From NCBI GenBank assembly GCA_964016885.1, contig OZ024740.1:437906001-437970000 (forward strand): DNA of 64,000 nucleotides, given 5' to 3'. Each line of letters starts with the position of its first letter. The first letter of the stretch is position 1. The notes beneath the pieces are model-generated. The model was not told where the DNA came from, did no database searches, and worked only from the letters and a program-made list of their open reading frames with translations. Made by a program: the position numbers and the translations under genes. Source of the DNA: Eledone cirrhosa. Taxonomy: Eukaryota. Below, one piece after another: positions 1 through 14,150 of this stretch.

Positions 1-2020
1 GGAGGGCACAGCTATTCCACGTTTTACTGCCAAATATGCACACTTGGACTCACCAAATTTCATTTTGATGTCGGTTGAAAATTGTGTAATGAGGTCCCAT
101 TGTTTCTTGATGTCATTGATATTTGGCCCATACAACTTCAGGTCATCAACAAAGAAAAGATGGGAGATACTTCTGAACCCACTTCTTTGTCCACCTTGTT
201 TCCTGAGTAGGTAAGATAGTGGATTCAGTGAGAGAACGAAGAGTAGCACTGACAAGCTATCACCCTGAAAGATGCCTTTCTGGTAATGTATCTTATCAGT
301 CTTAACTTGCTCCTTCTCACCTCTTAGGATCAAATTGGTGTACCAGTTCTTGGTCAGGCGTTCAACAGCAGCTACCAATGGTTGTGGGACTTTGGCTAAC
401 TGTAAAGCCTTAATAATCCACCCATGAGGTACACTATCAAATGCTTTTTGATAGCCCAGCCACACCACAGTCATGTTTCTGCGATTCTTTGTTGTTTTTT
501 CCTGAATCATTTTGTTAGTTAGTAGGTGATCTATGCAACCCCACACCTCCCTCTTTCCACCAGCTTGCTCAGGTGTTATGATGTTGTTGGTAGCACAGTG
601 ATCCTGTAAGAACAGGTTGAGGCACCCAGTATATAATTTATACATGATGTTTTGGCAGGCTATTGGGCGGTAATTTTTAGTAAGGGTAGTTTGGCTATTT
701 TGGGGAATGAGGAGAGTAGTGGCAGTTGATAACCATCTGGGCAGTTCTTGTGTGCCTGTAATGGTTTCTGTAAACAGCCGTATGAGATCTTGTCGATAGA
801 AAGTGAAATTCTTCAACCAGTATCCTGTAATGAGGTCTGGGCCTGGCGATTTCCTATTCGACATTTTCTGTAGAGCTGTTTCCAGTATTGACCCATCTAT
901 GTCATATTGTTTTGTCTGGACATGTTGGCAGTAGTCCTGTTCCAGTTCTTTTAGCCAATTAGTGTGTCTGTTGAATCCGTCATCCGTTTCCCATACAGAT
1001 CTCCAGTAGCTCTCAACCTGTTCTTTTGAAGGGGTATCATTTACAGGGATTGAGCTTTTGCCACCGAAGCTGCGATTAACTGATTTAGGATCTCTGGCAA
1101 ACAATCTATTTAGCATTTGTCGTTTATGTGCTGTTGACTTATATTTTAGTCTTTCTGTTGTAGCTGTTAGTTGTTGTTTCAACTGGTGTAATTTGGAGTT
1201 CAAAGTTTTAAATTTTGTATCTCCAAATCGTCTCTCTAACTTTTTTTTAGGCTTCCTGGTATCATGTGAAGTTGCTCTCTATGTTGCATTTCATAACGAC
1301 TGCGATGCTTTTTAAATTTCGCATCCATGCTGGTTCAGGCTTTCTGTTTGTATCTTGATTGCGTGGTTTTAGATGTGTTATATGATAGCAATGTGACAGC
1401 GGAAACATATAACAAAATATTAAGCGTTTCAAATGTCGTTTCTACACCTTTAGATCGTATAGCCTTCAGATAATTGCCAGCTATTTCGTTCACCGCTTCC
1501 ACTTCCAATTTAGTGGGTTCTTTACTGATTCTGGTGTTGTATGGTCTGTCACTCACATTAAGGCTGTGTATCTCTTGAAACATATCGTTCCATATCACTT
1601 GTAAGGTGTCCACAAGTTTTTGGTGTTCTGTTTGTTCAGTAGAGTCATGAATTTCAGCCTCGTTGTTGATGTGGTGACAATTACTCCTAGAGTTAGCTGA
1701 CCTTTCTCGCTGTTCTTCAGTGGAAGTGGGATGGATTTCAGCAAAATTGTTGGTGAGCTGTTCACTGTTAGATTTAGCTGGCCATTCTCTTTGTCTGTCA
1801 GTAGAGGTGGGGTGGTTGTCTACAAGGGCTGTATTTGTAGTATCACTCAATTCCGTTAGATGTATCAATTTACATCTAATGATACGTTTTGCCTGTTCAT
1901 TTAAATGCTTTGGAGAAAAGTCTAATTCTGGGTGTTTGGAGTTCCATAAAGTTTTTAGCCTTTGCATAAAACCGAACTTTTGGGGTTCAGATTGTTTGTA
2001 TGCTTCAGATTGTTTGTATG
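1..2020 (-). mobile_element. R4/Dong-like non-LTR retrotransposon, N-terminal region plus RT, frameshifted; runs off the window start
   Basis: Manual minus-strand translation gives KSPGPD, NYRPIAC, KAFDSVPH, GIFQGDSLS and ISHLFFVDDLKLY. ORF 1335-2057 (GFMQRLKTLWNSKHP) resembles the R4-clade N-terminus. Confidence 0.8.
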
Positions 2021-2045
2021 TATATATATATATATATATATATGT

Positions 2046-3257
2046 ACACTGAACCAAATATCTATGTGTATGGTAAACGACTTGGAGTGGTTGATCAGTT
2101 TGTCTTCCTGGGAAGCACTATCAATCGATACAGCAAACCTTGACAGTGAAATCTCACTTAGGATTAGGAAAGCAAGTGATGCTTTCGGAAAGCTAGAAAG
2201 GCGACTCTGGGGTCGGCGAGACATATGCAGGAGGACAAAAGTAAAGGTGTACAAGGCATGTGTGCTCTCTTGTCTTCTTTATGCCTGCGAGACCTGGGTC
2301 ACATATCGACACCACCTTAAGCAATTGGAGCGTTTCCATCAGATGTGTCTCAGACGGATCCATGGCGTTTACTGGAGGGACCACATCAGTGATGTCGAGA
2401 TTTTGGAAAGCTCTATGTGTGACAATATAGAAGCTCTTGTGCTTAAGCAATGACTCCGTTGGAGTGGTCACCTTGCCAGGATGAAGGATTATAGAATACC
2501 AAAACAACTCTTTTATGGAGAGTTGGTTAAAGGAAAACGACCGCCACATAAACCAAAAAAGAGGTATAAGGATTCCCTGAAAGCCTCTTTGAAAGATGCT
2601 AACATCTCTGCTGATACATGGGAAAATATTGCTGCTGATCGTAATAAATGGAGAAAGACTGTATATGAGGGAAAAGTTGCCTTTGAGGCATTTCGAATCG
2701 CATACGAGAAAGTAAAGCGGGATGTGAGGAAGGGCATTGCTGTTGCACTTCCAGACAGCGAGGGTCCTCCTATGGTGCTGACATGCAGCGTCTGTGCGAG
2801 ACTCTGCCTAAGCAAAGCTGGACTCGAAAGTCATCTTCGCAGTCATAAAGTAAGACCAGTGGTTGACTACCAGGCTGCTGTTGGAGATGCTACTCATCAT
2901 GCTTGCCAAACATGTGGTAGAGAATGTAAATCAGCAGGAGGGCTCAAGCGACATGCAAAAGTACATGAACTCCAACCACAGCATACTATTCCCAGTGAAT
3001 GTTTTGGTTGCCGACTCTGTGCAAGACATTTTAGATCATTGGCTGGGCTAAAAAGCCACATTCGATCGCAGCGCTGTTAGTTGCTATCGTGTGTGTGTGT
3101 GTATAGATATGTTTATGTGTGTGCGTGTATGTGTATATATATATGTATATGTATATTATTATTGTTGTTGTTATTATTATTGTTATTATTATTATTATTA
3201 TTATTGTTATTAATGTATATGTGTGTGTATATATATATGTGTATATATGTATATGTA

Positions 3258-3288
<31 letters not shown>

Positions 3289-3390
3289 TTCTTTTTTTTA
3301 TTTTTATTTTATTTTTTATTTATTTTATTTTTTTTCCTCTCGTGCAATGGCCATACTCGATAACGAGGGGGCAGCCATCATGTATGTATA
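2046..3390 (+). mobile_element. RTE/BovB-like LINE 3' fragment with three C-terminal C2H2 zinc fingers
   Basis: LLYACETW and LERFHQ.CLR motifs, an in-frame TGA at 2451, RIPKQLFYGEL..GKR, and three CxxC...H..xH fingers. The 3' end motif TGGCCATACTCGATAACGAGGGGGCAGCCA lies at ~3347. Confidence 0.85.
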
Positions 3391-3442
3391 TATGTATGTA
3401 TATGTATATGTATGTATATGTATGTATATGTATATATATATA

Positions 3443-4380
3443 TGCTGAACTAGAGAAGAAATTCCAAACATGGAAGCATGGCCTAGAATCAAAAGGCCTT
3501 AAAATTAACTTATCTAAGACTAAAGTTCTAGTATGTAGGAAGGAAAATAGGGCACCGGTCCCATCTGGGAAATGGCCATGCTCAGTGTGTAGGAAAGGAG
3601 TAGGCAGAAACTCCATTTTATGTCCCAAATGCAAAGTATGGGTGCATAAAAGATGTAGTGTATCACAGGTAAGCTAACTAAGAATATAGATTTTATATGT
3701 GGCCGGTGCTATGGTGCAATAAGTAGCAGCAAGTGCCCACAGAATACTAGCTCATTTCATTGCACAGATGGTTCTATAAAAATAGTGGACAGCTTCCGTT
3801 ACTTGGGTGACAAAATCAGCAGTGGGGGAGGGTGCTCTGAAAGTACAGTAGCTAGAGTCAGAACGGAATGGAAAAAGTTCAGAGAGCTTATACCACTATT
3901 GGCCGCAAAAGGGTTCTCTCTAAAAATGAAAGGCAGGCTGTATGATGCCTGCATACGAACAGCAATGTTACATGGCAGTGAGACATGGGCATTGTGTGCA
4001 GAGGATATACGCAGACTGGAGAGAAACGAAGCTTGCATGCTCTGCTGGATGTGTAATAGTAATATACGTGAACGGCAAAGCATAAACGAACTAAGGGAGA
4101 AATTAGGAATAAGAGGGATCAGATGTTGTTTACTCGAGAGAAGACTACGTTGGTACGGTCACGTGATGCGCATGAAAGACGACAGCTGTATAATAAAGTG
4201 CAGGGCGATAAAAATAGACGGTAGCCACGGAGTAGGCAGACCCAGAAAAACCTGGGATGACTTGATAAATTCCGACCTCACATACTTACACCTCTCCAAG
4301 ACAATGTCATTGGACCGAGATCTTTAGCGCTATACAGTTATACAGAAGACCCGCCTTGCCTAAGTACAAAGCGAAACCTA
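3443..4380 (+). mobile_element. RTE-group LINE 3' fragment with PHD-like Cys/His insert, frameshifted
   Basis: GLKINLSKTK, WPCSVC...C..C..WVHKRC, FRYLG, MLHGSETW, RRLRWYGHV.R and GRPRKTW. Same family as 24341-27032. Confidence 0.85.
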
Positions 4381-4501
4381 CAGTCAGTAGGCACCTCTAA
4401 CAAAATACACCCCCGTCCCACTACCCTCACCACATCCACACCACCCCCTTAAATGTGAAGTTATGTTGGTACCACAACATCCAGTCCGAAACAAATGAGG
4501 T

Positions 4502-4890
4502 CGTGTAGGTGTCACGACTAAAATACACACAGTCCACGCTCTAATGTGGCCGTGTAGGTAACACGGTAAAAACCTCCCAGTACACACTGTAAACGTGGTT
4601 GGTGTTGGGAAGGGCACCCAGCCGTAGAAAACCCGCCAGACGTGTAGGTGTCACGACAAAAAAACACACAGTCCACGCTGTAATATGGCCGTGTAGGTAA
4701 CACGGTAAAAACCTCCCAGTCCACACTGTAACCGTGGTTGCTGTTAGGAAGGGCATCCAGCCGTAGAAAACCCGCAGACAGTCCTATACGAGCAGGACAA
4801 CCAATCTTGCCTCAAGTGGGAAAACTCCCATCCAGACCCATGCAAGCGTGGAAGATGGACGTTAAACGATGATGATGATGATGATGATGT
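4502..4890 (+). repeat. Two ~139-bp tandem units followed by a SINE/LINE-type 3' tail ending in (GAT)n
   Basis: CGTGTAGGTGTCACGAC...GGAAGGGCA(C/T)CCAGCCGTAGAAAACCCGC occurs twice, then CATGCAAGCGTGGAAGATGGACGTTAAAC(GAT)n. Confidence 0.7.
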
Positions 4891-5013
4891 ATATATATGT
4901 ATGTATTTATATGTATATATGTATGTATATGTATATATGTATGTATATATGTATGTATGTATATATATATGTATGTATATGTATAGATGTATGTATACGT
5001 ATATATGTATGTA

Positions 5014-5067
<54 letters not shown>

Positions 5068-5091
5068 GTATATATGTATGTATATCTATGC

Positions 5092-5590
5092 TGGGTCACT
5101 CTTGAGTGTTACTGGTAACATGTAACCCAGTACAACCTGTCGCATGGTCGGGTTGTCGGCGACTAAATCGGTGAGGAGGGTGATTTTGGACACCCTGCAG
5201 GACAAAAAACAAAACCTGACAAAGGGTGGAAGAACTCATAGAGTCGACGGCCATCCAAAAATGTGTAAATATGTATATACACATGTAAACCACTGGGAGT
5301 GAAGGACCCCTAGTATTTGTCAGGGCATTCTTCTAGGAGAAGGCAACTCAGGAAACTGGGATAACTCCGATATAAAACCTGCTGCTAAGTAGTTACCGAT
5401 GATGTTGATCTTTTCTTCTTTTCGGGTTATAGCTACTGTCACTCAGAGAGTGGGATTGGCTCAGTGCACAGTCTTTCCTCACTTAAAAAAAATCTTCACT
5501 CACAGGCATTGACGATAGAATTAGTTAATAATTATTAATAATGTTATATTGTGCAATGGCCTTATTCGATAACGAGGGGGCAGCCATCAT
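5092..5590 (+). mobile_element. Non-autonomous RTE-derived element (5'UTR-like head plus RTE 3' end), diverged copy
   Basis: Homologous to 8383-8979 and 20466-21060. Ends with the same terminal motif as the RTE at ~3347. Confidence 0.6.
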
Positions 5591-5847
5591 CTATGTATAT
5601 GTATGTATATATGTATATGTATGTATATATGTATATGTATATATGTATGGAATATATGTATACATATGTATATATATATATATACATATATGTATGTATA
5701 TATATGTATGTATATGTAGCTCAACAATTAAGGGGCCGTATATATATATCCAAAATTAAATTAAATTAAGGGTGTCATGTCAGAGAGACATGCGCCATAT
5801 CCACTGTAGAATAGCTCCAAGATTCCAATGAATAGATCCGAGCATCT

Positions 5848-6018
5848 TATATCAACTAGAAATTGATTGACATATACTGTATATATATCTAAAATAAACA
5901 TAGGAAACGATTACAGGGAATAATTTGTAAAAGTGTGTAAGCCCACAAATTATTCCCTGATTGATTCATATGTTTATTTTAGATATATATATATGTCAAT
6001 CAATTTCTAGTTGATATA
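5848..6018. repeat. ~170-bp AT-rich hairpin (inverted repeat)
   Basis: TATATCAACTAGAAATTGATTGACATATA...GGGAATAATTTGT pairs with ACAAATTATTCCC...TATATGTCAATCAATTTCTAGTTGATATA. Confidence 0.75.
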
Positions 6019-6020
6019 TA

Positions 6021-6849
6021 TCTATAATATTATAAAGCTGAGTGTCGTGTGTATGTATGTATGTATGTATCCTACACTCCTCTCTATAGTTTGTTAGCTT
6101 TACTCTCTCCGTCGCTTTTCCTTCTCTCTAGAATCATTCCCCCTCTCTATAATTTAACTGCTTTACTCTCTTTGTCGCTCTTCACTCTCAAATATTATAA
6201 AGTTGAGCGTCTTCGCTCTTCCCTCTCTCTATAATAGATCATTCTCCCTCTCTATAATTTACCTGCTTTACTCTCTCTGTCGCTCTTTACTCAAATATTA
6301 TAAAGTTGAGCGTCGTCTCTCTCTTTCACCCTCTCTATAATTTAACTGCTTTACTCTCTGTCTCTCTTCACTCTCTATATGACAACACTCTTTTACTTTC
6401 CGTTTTAATTGTATCTCTCACTGTCTAACGGCCTATCTCTCTCTTTCNNNNNNNNNNNNNNNNNNNNNNNNNNNNNNNNNNNNNNNNNNNNNNNNNNNNN
6501 NNNNNNNNNNNNNNNNNNNNNNNNNNNNNNNNNNNNNNNNNNNNNNNNNNNNNNNNNNNNNNNNNNNNNNNNNNNNNNNNNNNNNNNNNNNNNNNNNNNN
6601 NNNNNNNNNNNNNNNNNNNNNNNNNNNNNNNNNNNNNNNNNNNNNNNATCTACAGAGAGAGACAGAAAAACAGAGGAGGGGAAAAGAGAGAGATAGGCCG
6701 TTAGATAGAGAGAGATACAATTAAAGTGTTAGTTATTCAGAGAGAGAGAGTCGGAGGACAATGTGACAAGGGAGGGTGTGTGGTATCTTTGCAGTGGAGT
6801 GGTGGGGGCAGGTATACCTACCCGGGCTAGAGCCAGGCGGGCCAGCTAG
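6021..6849 (+). mobile_element. Non-autonomous Helitron spanning an assembly gap
   Basis: Starts A|TCTATAATATTATAAAG followed by a (TATG)n tract and internal CT-rich repeats. Ends with a GC-rich hairpin-like stretch then CTAG|T. Confidence 0.65.
6448..6647. other. Assembly gap (N run)
   Basis: ~200 N. The flanks are inverted copies of one another. Confidence 0.99.
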
Positions 6850-6861
6850 TATATATATAAA

Positions 6862-7114
6862 GTCAGGTCGAAAGTGACACAGAGATGACTGAGGTTAGCT
6901 GGACATGCTCACCGACAACCGGAGTTGACACTGCACCTCGGTGCTCCTGTAGGAGCCCATGCAGGGACACACTGGCTGAGGAAGACAGAGGTTAACATAT
7001 GTTGAGGCCCTAAGGACAAACACTGGTTCTTGGAGATGCAGGACATGGCAGCGATAATGAGGGACAGAGACTGCTGGAGATAACTCATTCATAGATCTCA
7101 GGAATTTTACCCCC

Positions 7115-7117
<3 letters not shown>
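6862..7117 (+). mobile_element. Diverged 3' end of the RTE-group family at 27240/30208
   Basis: Similar to the reverse complement of 27240-27490 and ends directly in (TA)n. Confidence 0.7.
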
Positions 7118-7172
<55 letters not shown>

Positions 7173-7242
7173 TACACACACACACTATATGCATCGTGCA
7201 ATGTAAAGTCTGAAACAGCTTGGTACCAGTAACGTCACAGCT

Positions 7243-7660
7243 CATCATCATCGTCATTTAACATCCACTTTCCCTGCTAGCAAGGATTGTCAGGTCTTCA
7301 CAAACCAGAGTGAAGTGGGGGGGTCCACATCTCCTTTACATATTGTCCCCACATTCTACTGAGTGTATTGTATTGTGGCACCATTACTTCAGATGTTGTC
7401 ATGTCTTCAACACAACTGAATGGTCCGCCCATCTTTTTGTTTGGCAAGTTTTCTGTGGCTGGGTTCCCTTCCTATCACCAACACTTAACATCATTGCACT
7501 GGGAGCATTTATGTAGATCCTAACACTACGGAGGTTGTCATACCCTTGACACAACTGAAGGGTCCTCAAAACTCTTCCTTTGGTAAGCTTTCTATGATTA
7601 GAAAACGCTTCCCATCCCCAACTACATTAAAACGTACTGGGTGCGTTTATCATGTAGATC
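7243..7660 (-). mobile_element. Degenerate SINE-like repeat with (GAT)n tail
   Basis: CATCATCATCGTCATTTAACATCCACTTTCCCTGCTAGC matches the reverse complement of the tails at ~4850 and ~26990. Confidence 0.5.
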
Positions 7661-8382
7661 AGGCATGTCAACTCAGGGTGCCCCGGAGGGGCACATGGGT
7701 CACATATGTGTTGACTAAGGGCCGCACACGCAATTAATTGCGCATATTACAACTATTTTTTCTTTATATTACGAAGATTAACCATGCTCGTGCTGTAAAA
7801 ACCTTTGTGGGGTCCGCGTGTTTGACATGCCTGGTGTCGATCACCAACACTAAAGAGTTTGCAATGTCCTTGATACTACATAGGGCTCCTCTCAACCTAT
7901 AATATACTATACATATATATGTGTACTGTATGTATGCACTATTGGAAAGACAGCAGCACACTTGAGGAAGGAGCCCCGTGAGGTGGGGTGCGTGTTGCAA
8001 TGGTCGCATTCCTGCTCTTCAATAAGATATCTCTCTAGAAGGTCACTCTGATATAAAGCTTGTGACTTCGTTTGCACCCAATGATGTCGGCCAATTCCAC
8101 ATTATGGTTAAATACAATTCGATATTCACCGAGTGAGATTTGACCCGTGCTAAACCTTTTATCACTTAAAAAAGCACAGGCATCGCTTGATATGTGACGT
8201 TTTTGCGATGCATGGAATTCCTGGCCATAGGTAGCTCCATTGTAGGACTAAAATGCGACGTCCGTGATGTTTATGCTTAAGTATCAAGCGATGGCATTAG
8301 AAATAAAAATGAAATAAATAGACATTGGGATTTTAAACTTTAATATGTATATGTGTATGTGTATTATATATATATATATATA

Positions 8383-8979
8383 TAGTTGGTGCTTCTGGTA
8401 ACATGTATCTCAGTACAACCTGCCTCATGGTCGGGTCGTTGGCGACTAAAACTGGCAACCCCACCAAGGTTTCTTGGTGAGGAGGGTTACTTTGGACAAC
8501 CTGCAGGACTAGAAACAAAACCTGTCAAAGGGCAAAGAAGCTCTTATGAGTCAATGGCCATCTAAAATCACCGGGAGAGATGACCCCTTAGCCTTTGTCA
8601 AGGCAGAATCCTAGGAGAAGGAAAACTATGATATAACACCTGCAACCCTGATGGTAACCAATGATGTTGACTTGTTCTTCTTTTTGGTAAATATCATCTT
8701 AGTTAAGAGAGTGGGACTGGCTTTGTGCAGTGCCTTTGCTCACTATAAAAGCTTCACGGCACAGGCATTGCTTTGTATCTGGAGACCTCTCTGCACTTGT
8801 CGTCACATGGTACCATGGGCCCTGCACTGTCTCAATAATTGTCACAAGTGTAGTGTTTGTACCAGAGTTTTCAAGTCGCTGGCTGGACTAAAAAGTCACT
8901 GGTTCAGCGCATCAGTAGGGGTTCTCTTACATGGATATAAAGTAGTGGCCGTACTCGAAAACGAGTTGGCAGCCACCAT
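8383..8979 (+). mobile_element. Non-autonomous internally deleted RTE derivative (~600 bp)
   Basis: Head contains CTAGGAGAAGGAAAACT. The tail encodes a zinc-finger remnant (HKCSVCTRVFKSLAGLKSH) and the RTE terminal motif. Flanked by (TA)n. Confidence 0.7.
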
Positions 8980-9029
8980 ATATATATATATATAATTATA
9001 GGAATAACCAGAGTGCTTAGAAATACATA

Positions 9030-9090
9030 GTTTTATTAGCTAGCAGTGTTTCATCCATACACCATGGCAGGAATCTTCAGAGCCTATATA
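9030..9090 (-). ncRNA. Degenerate type I hammerhead ribozyme (Penelope pLTR-like)
   Basis: Minus strand reads GCT CTGAAGA TTCC...GGAT GAAA CACTGCT AGC, then AATAAA. The NUH site is non-canonical. Confidence 0.45.
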
Positions 9091-10173
9091 CATGAGTATA
9101 TCAGTAGTTGCATGCTCCATCGAGCTGCGTCACCAGAACAAGGTTAAATGACCAGCAGGGGGTCCCGAGGATAACGCTATATGGAAAAAGAATACATGAT
9201 GCACATAATGTCATAAAATGTCTTAAAAATTTAATGATTAAAAATTAAAAATTAAAAATTACACCAAAAATGTATCACTTATATGGTGCAATAGATGATA
9301 AAGAGGTTGGGAGAGGGTAGCAAGGGATGAGTGAGGGTATTACTCAGCATGATCAGAAACAATCAGAAATTACAAAAAATAACAAAAAAAAAAAGTACAA
9401 AAATACAGGGATAAGAAAAGAGATAAATACAAAAATACAAAACAATTAATGAACAAAAAGCCCGGACCCCCCCCCCAAAAAAAAAGAAAAAACATATAAG
9501 ACAAAGCAAAGCATGGATGCATTAAAGCACGAGCAGTGCAAAAGGGGGTATAAAGGCAGATCAAGAGAGTTTGCAAGCATGAGTCTGTGAAAAGAATTGC
9601 AGCCTTACATGTATGATAGTCCATATGAGGGATGGTGTACTCCAAATATATCGCCCTGTAATAGGTCGATTCTCCTTATCATATCCGCAGCCTACGAACC
9701 ACATCGATATGTTCCAGTTCCGAACTCCAAGTGAGATAACACTATTTTTCCAAAACCTATAGCCAGGGGATTTATCACCATAGGCGGTCTGGGATATACG
9801 CCTAAAATCTACAATAAAAAATAAAAGAAGGTACGACGAGTTAAAGAAATGTATGGCACATATACAGCCGGCACAGATGTGAGGAAATGGAAAACATTCG
9901 GTCACTTAATCCAACATGCTAGGTGAAATTCACTGTATGTCCAAGTTGGCGTTCAGCCAATGTATCGCACCGCATAGAACTGTACCACAGCAAATACAAA
10001 TGGTGATGGCAATCCACTCACATACAGATAAAGGTGCACACAGGAAACTCTGGTTCCAGAATCACATATGACAGAATGAGCATACACTGTTATAATAATA
10101 GGCGGGTTTATTATAGTGAGTGCAAGTTTCTGTAGGATATATAGATGTATATAGAAGGGACAAATCACAACTA

Positions 10174-10940
10174 AATGTCTATTTATTTAATTTTAATTTT
10201 AATTTTATTTTATTTTATTAATTTTATTTTGAAAGTATGTTTATAAATATAAATTTTCAGTAAATCTTTGTATCAGTCTCGGTAGCTTAGTGGGAAGTAC
10301 CAGAGATGGTGAGATCCTGGTCTGAGGGTTGAATCGAGGACAGAGGTTATATCCTGGCCTGTGAGATACACATAAGGAGTCATATTAATCTTTTTCAATT
10401 TTCCTTCTATATCTTTTTGAAAAAGAGAACCCCTACTTATTTAATTATATTTAATTTAATTTTTTATTTTAGTTAAATTGTCGAAACTACGGCCAGGTTG
10501 AGGAGACACTATAATGTCTATTTCATCTGTCTCCTCCAAAGTTAGATCGCCAGTGGTTTCGACAATTTCACTAAAATAAAAATGAAATGAAATGAAATTA
10601 ATTAAATTATATGAGATAAATAGACATTGGGGTTCTCACCAAAGATTTTCAATTTTTCTAAGAGATGTAAAAGGAAAATTAAAAAAAGATTAATAGGAGA
10701 CATTAGACATGTCTCCAAGCAAGGATTGAACCAAAGTCCTGGATTGAACTTACAGACAAAGATTTCACCATCTCTGGTACTTCCCACTAAGCCACCAAGA
10801 CTGCTACAGAAGTCTACTGAAAATTAATATTTATAAACCTACTTTCAAAACAAAATTAATTTTATTAATTTTATTTAAAATTAAAATAAAATAAATAGAC
10901 ATTGGGGTTCTCACAAAACTTTTTCAGTTTTTTTTCTAAG
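10174..10940. mobile_element. Palindromic AT-rich repeat with tRNA-like A/B boxes in each arm
   Basis: Arms of ~330 bp are inverted about a central hairpin at 10480-10570. They contain TAGCTTAGTGG and GGTT(C/G)AATC motifs. Confidence 0.6.
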
Positions 10941-10959
10941 AAATGAAGAAATGTCAAAG

Positions 10960-11935
<976 letters not shown>

Positions 11936-12033
11936 TTTTTTTTAGTATATGTTGGTTGTATACCAACACCTCAGTATGCAGGCTGGAGCACTCGACGAAG
12001 TGCGCAGGTTGGTTTGGTTACTCCGGAGTAATG

Positions 12034-12780
12034 AAAAATAAAGTTAAATAAAAAGTCAAATGTTTAAAATTTAGCTTCGTTTATTACTGCTATATATATT
12101 TCAGTGACAGCCATCTTTGGCTGTGACCTCTTCAGGCAGTCCAAATTAGTGTGGTATAGACAAGTACATATGTTGTTGAGGTGTATAATATTGTCAATAC
12201 TCTGATATGCCCAGTTCCTGGTTGGGTTGTTATTTCACTGAGGAACTGGAATCATATGAATTCAAACAAACGAATGTACTTATGTACTTAACGATAGCAA
12301 ACACAAACACTACAGGGAGCCTCACCCCAGAAAGAATTCTATAGACTTCTGACTGAGGAATGCTCTCAGAACTGACCAATGGGAAGTTTGACACTTTTTT
12401 TGTTATTTTGTTCCTTTAACACCTTGTCCCTTCTACCATTTTATCAATTTTTTAAGCTAACTCCAACAATAACAACACTTAGAATGAGGAATGTTCTAAC
12501 AACTGACCAATGAGAGGAGAAGAGGCCTTTAACACTGAAATTCGTTTGTTTGAATTCATATGATTCCAGTTCCTCAGTGAAATAACAACCCAACCAGGAA
12601 CTGGGCATATCAGAGTATTGACAATATTATACACCTCAACAACATATGTACTTGTCTATACAACACTAATTCGGACTGCCTGAAGAGGTCACAGCCAAAG
12701 ATGGCTGTCACTGAAATATATATAGCAGTAATAAACGAAGCTAAATTTTAAACATTTGACTTTTTATTTAACTTTATTTT
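12034..12780. mobile_element. Inverted pair of Penelope-type pLTRs (~240-bp arms), each with a hammerhead and AATAAA
   Basis: 12034-12275 is the near-perfect reverse complement of 12541-12780. Confidence 0.75.
12675..12729 (+). ncRNA. Type I hammerhead ribozyme (mirror copy at 12086-12140, minus strand)
   Basis: ACTGC CTGAAGA [GGTCACAGCCA-AAGA-TGGCTGTCACT] GAAA TATATA TA GCAGT. Stem I is ACTGC/GCAGT and stem III is palindromic. Confidence 0.8.
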
Positions 12781-12788
12781 ATACATAC

Positions 12789-12878
<90 letters not shown>

Positions 12879-13265
12879 GTTTAGAACCCCAATGTCTATT
12901 TATTTCGTTTTATTTTTAATTTAATTTTATTTATTTTATTTAATTTTGAAAGTAGGTTTATAAATATTAATTTTCAGTAAAATTAAAAGCTTAGTGGGAA
13001 GTACCAGAGATGGTGAGATCCTGGTCTCGGTGTTCAATTGCAGTCTGTGGGTTGAATCGAGGACTGAGGTTCAATCCTGGCCCATGAGATACGTATAAGG
13101 AGTCATATTAATATTTTTTAATTTTCCTTCTATATCTTTTTGAAAAAGAGAACCCCTACTTATTTAATTATATTTAATTTAATTTTTTATTTTAGTTAAA
13201 TTCTCGTAACCATTGACGATCTAAAAGTTGAAGAGACAATATTATGTCTATTTTATCTGTCTCCT

Positions 13266-13320
<55 letters not shown>

Positions 13321-13323
<3 letters not shown>

Positions 13324-14150
13324 AGTGTTCTTGGCTGTGGAGGGCAGCTCTCCTAGTAGAGTCCTAAAATGGTGCAGCCTTTTTCTATCCTCTGGCTCTG
13401 TTCCCTGGATCTGACTCGAACAGCTTCTCTTCCTCCGTGTGATCTCATTGAGGATCATCCAACTCTCCTTACATTCAGACATATCAACCGCTCTCTCCAC
13501 ACTTCTGATCTTCTCTATCAGTGCCTCCTCTCTGGCGTTAGTATAAGCGGTACAGAGTTCTTCCCTCGTCACCTCCACATTCTCCTTCCTCTCCTCCATA
13601 GGATCAGCATAGAATTGGTCCTTGGCAGCTTTCATTGTTCTCTGGCTGCAGACACTGTTGGGTCTGCAGAGCTGACATGCTTCCTCTTGTTCTTTCTCCT
13701 CGGCAGCAGGGTCTCACTTGCTTCCACCACTGCATTGGTGAAGTACCCGTACCTCTTCGTCACAATCTCCATACAGAGCACTGAACCTGCTGCTCACTTC
13801 TACTGTGAACCTCTCCTGTAGCTTATCTTCCTTGAAAGCTCACCAGTCATAGATTGCTCTCCGGGGCTAAGCCTTTCTCTTTCTTAAGCTCACCCGGACC
13901 TCACTCATAACAAGCCACTGCCCCAGTGTACAGAAATAGTTGTATGGTTCTGTGTTCAGAACACTATTCTGCCACTTTTTCCTCACCAGAATGAAATCAA
14001 TCTGGGACTTGGACAGGTGCATATCTGAGATATAGGTCCACATCTTCCCCGGATTCATCCTAAACCTTTGGTTGCTATCAAGTTGGCCTGCAGCAAGCTG
14101 TCTCTCAGTACTCTTCCATTTCGGTTGGTGTTGTTAGGGAATTACTATCG
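13321..14150 (-). mobile_element. Decayed fragment of the RTE-group LINE at 27240/30208 (endonuclease C-terminus and linker)
   Basis: [14 protein letters not shown] and [16 protein letters not shown] are shared with the 604/680-aa ORFs. Confidence 0.85.

Noticed and set aside
2775-3080. Host C2H2 zinc-finger gene
   Set aside because: The fingers are in frame with the RTE RT C-terminus and recur in other RTE copies.
6407-6722. Inverted repeat flanking the N gap
   Set aside because: It cannot be separated from a scaffolding artefact and the interior is unknown.
10274-10360. Possible tRNA gene
   Set aside because: A/B-box-like motifs are present but no cloverleaf can be drawn, and it is part of a repeated element.
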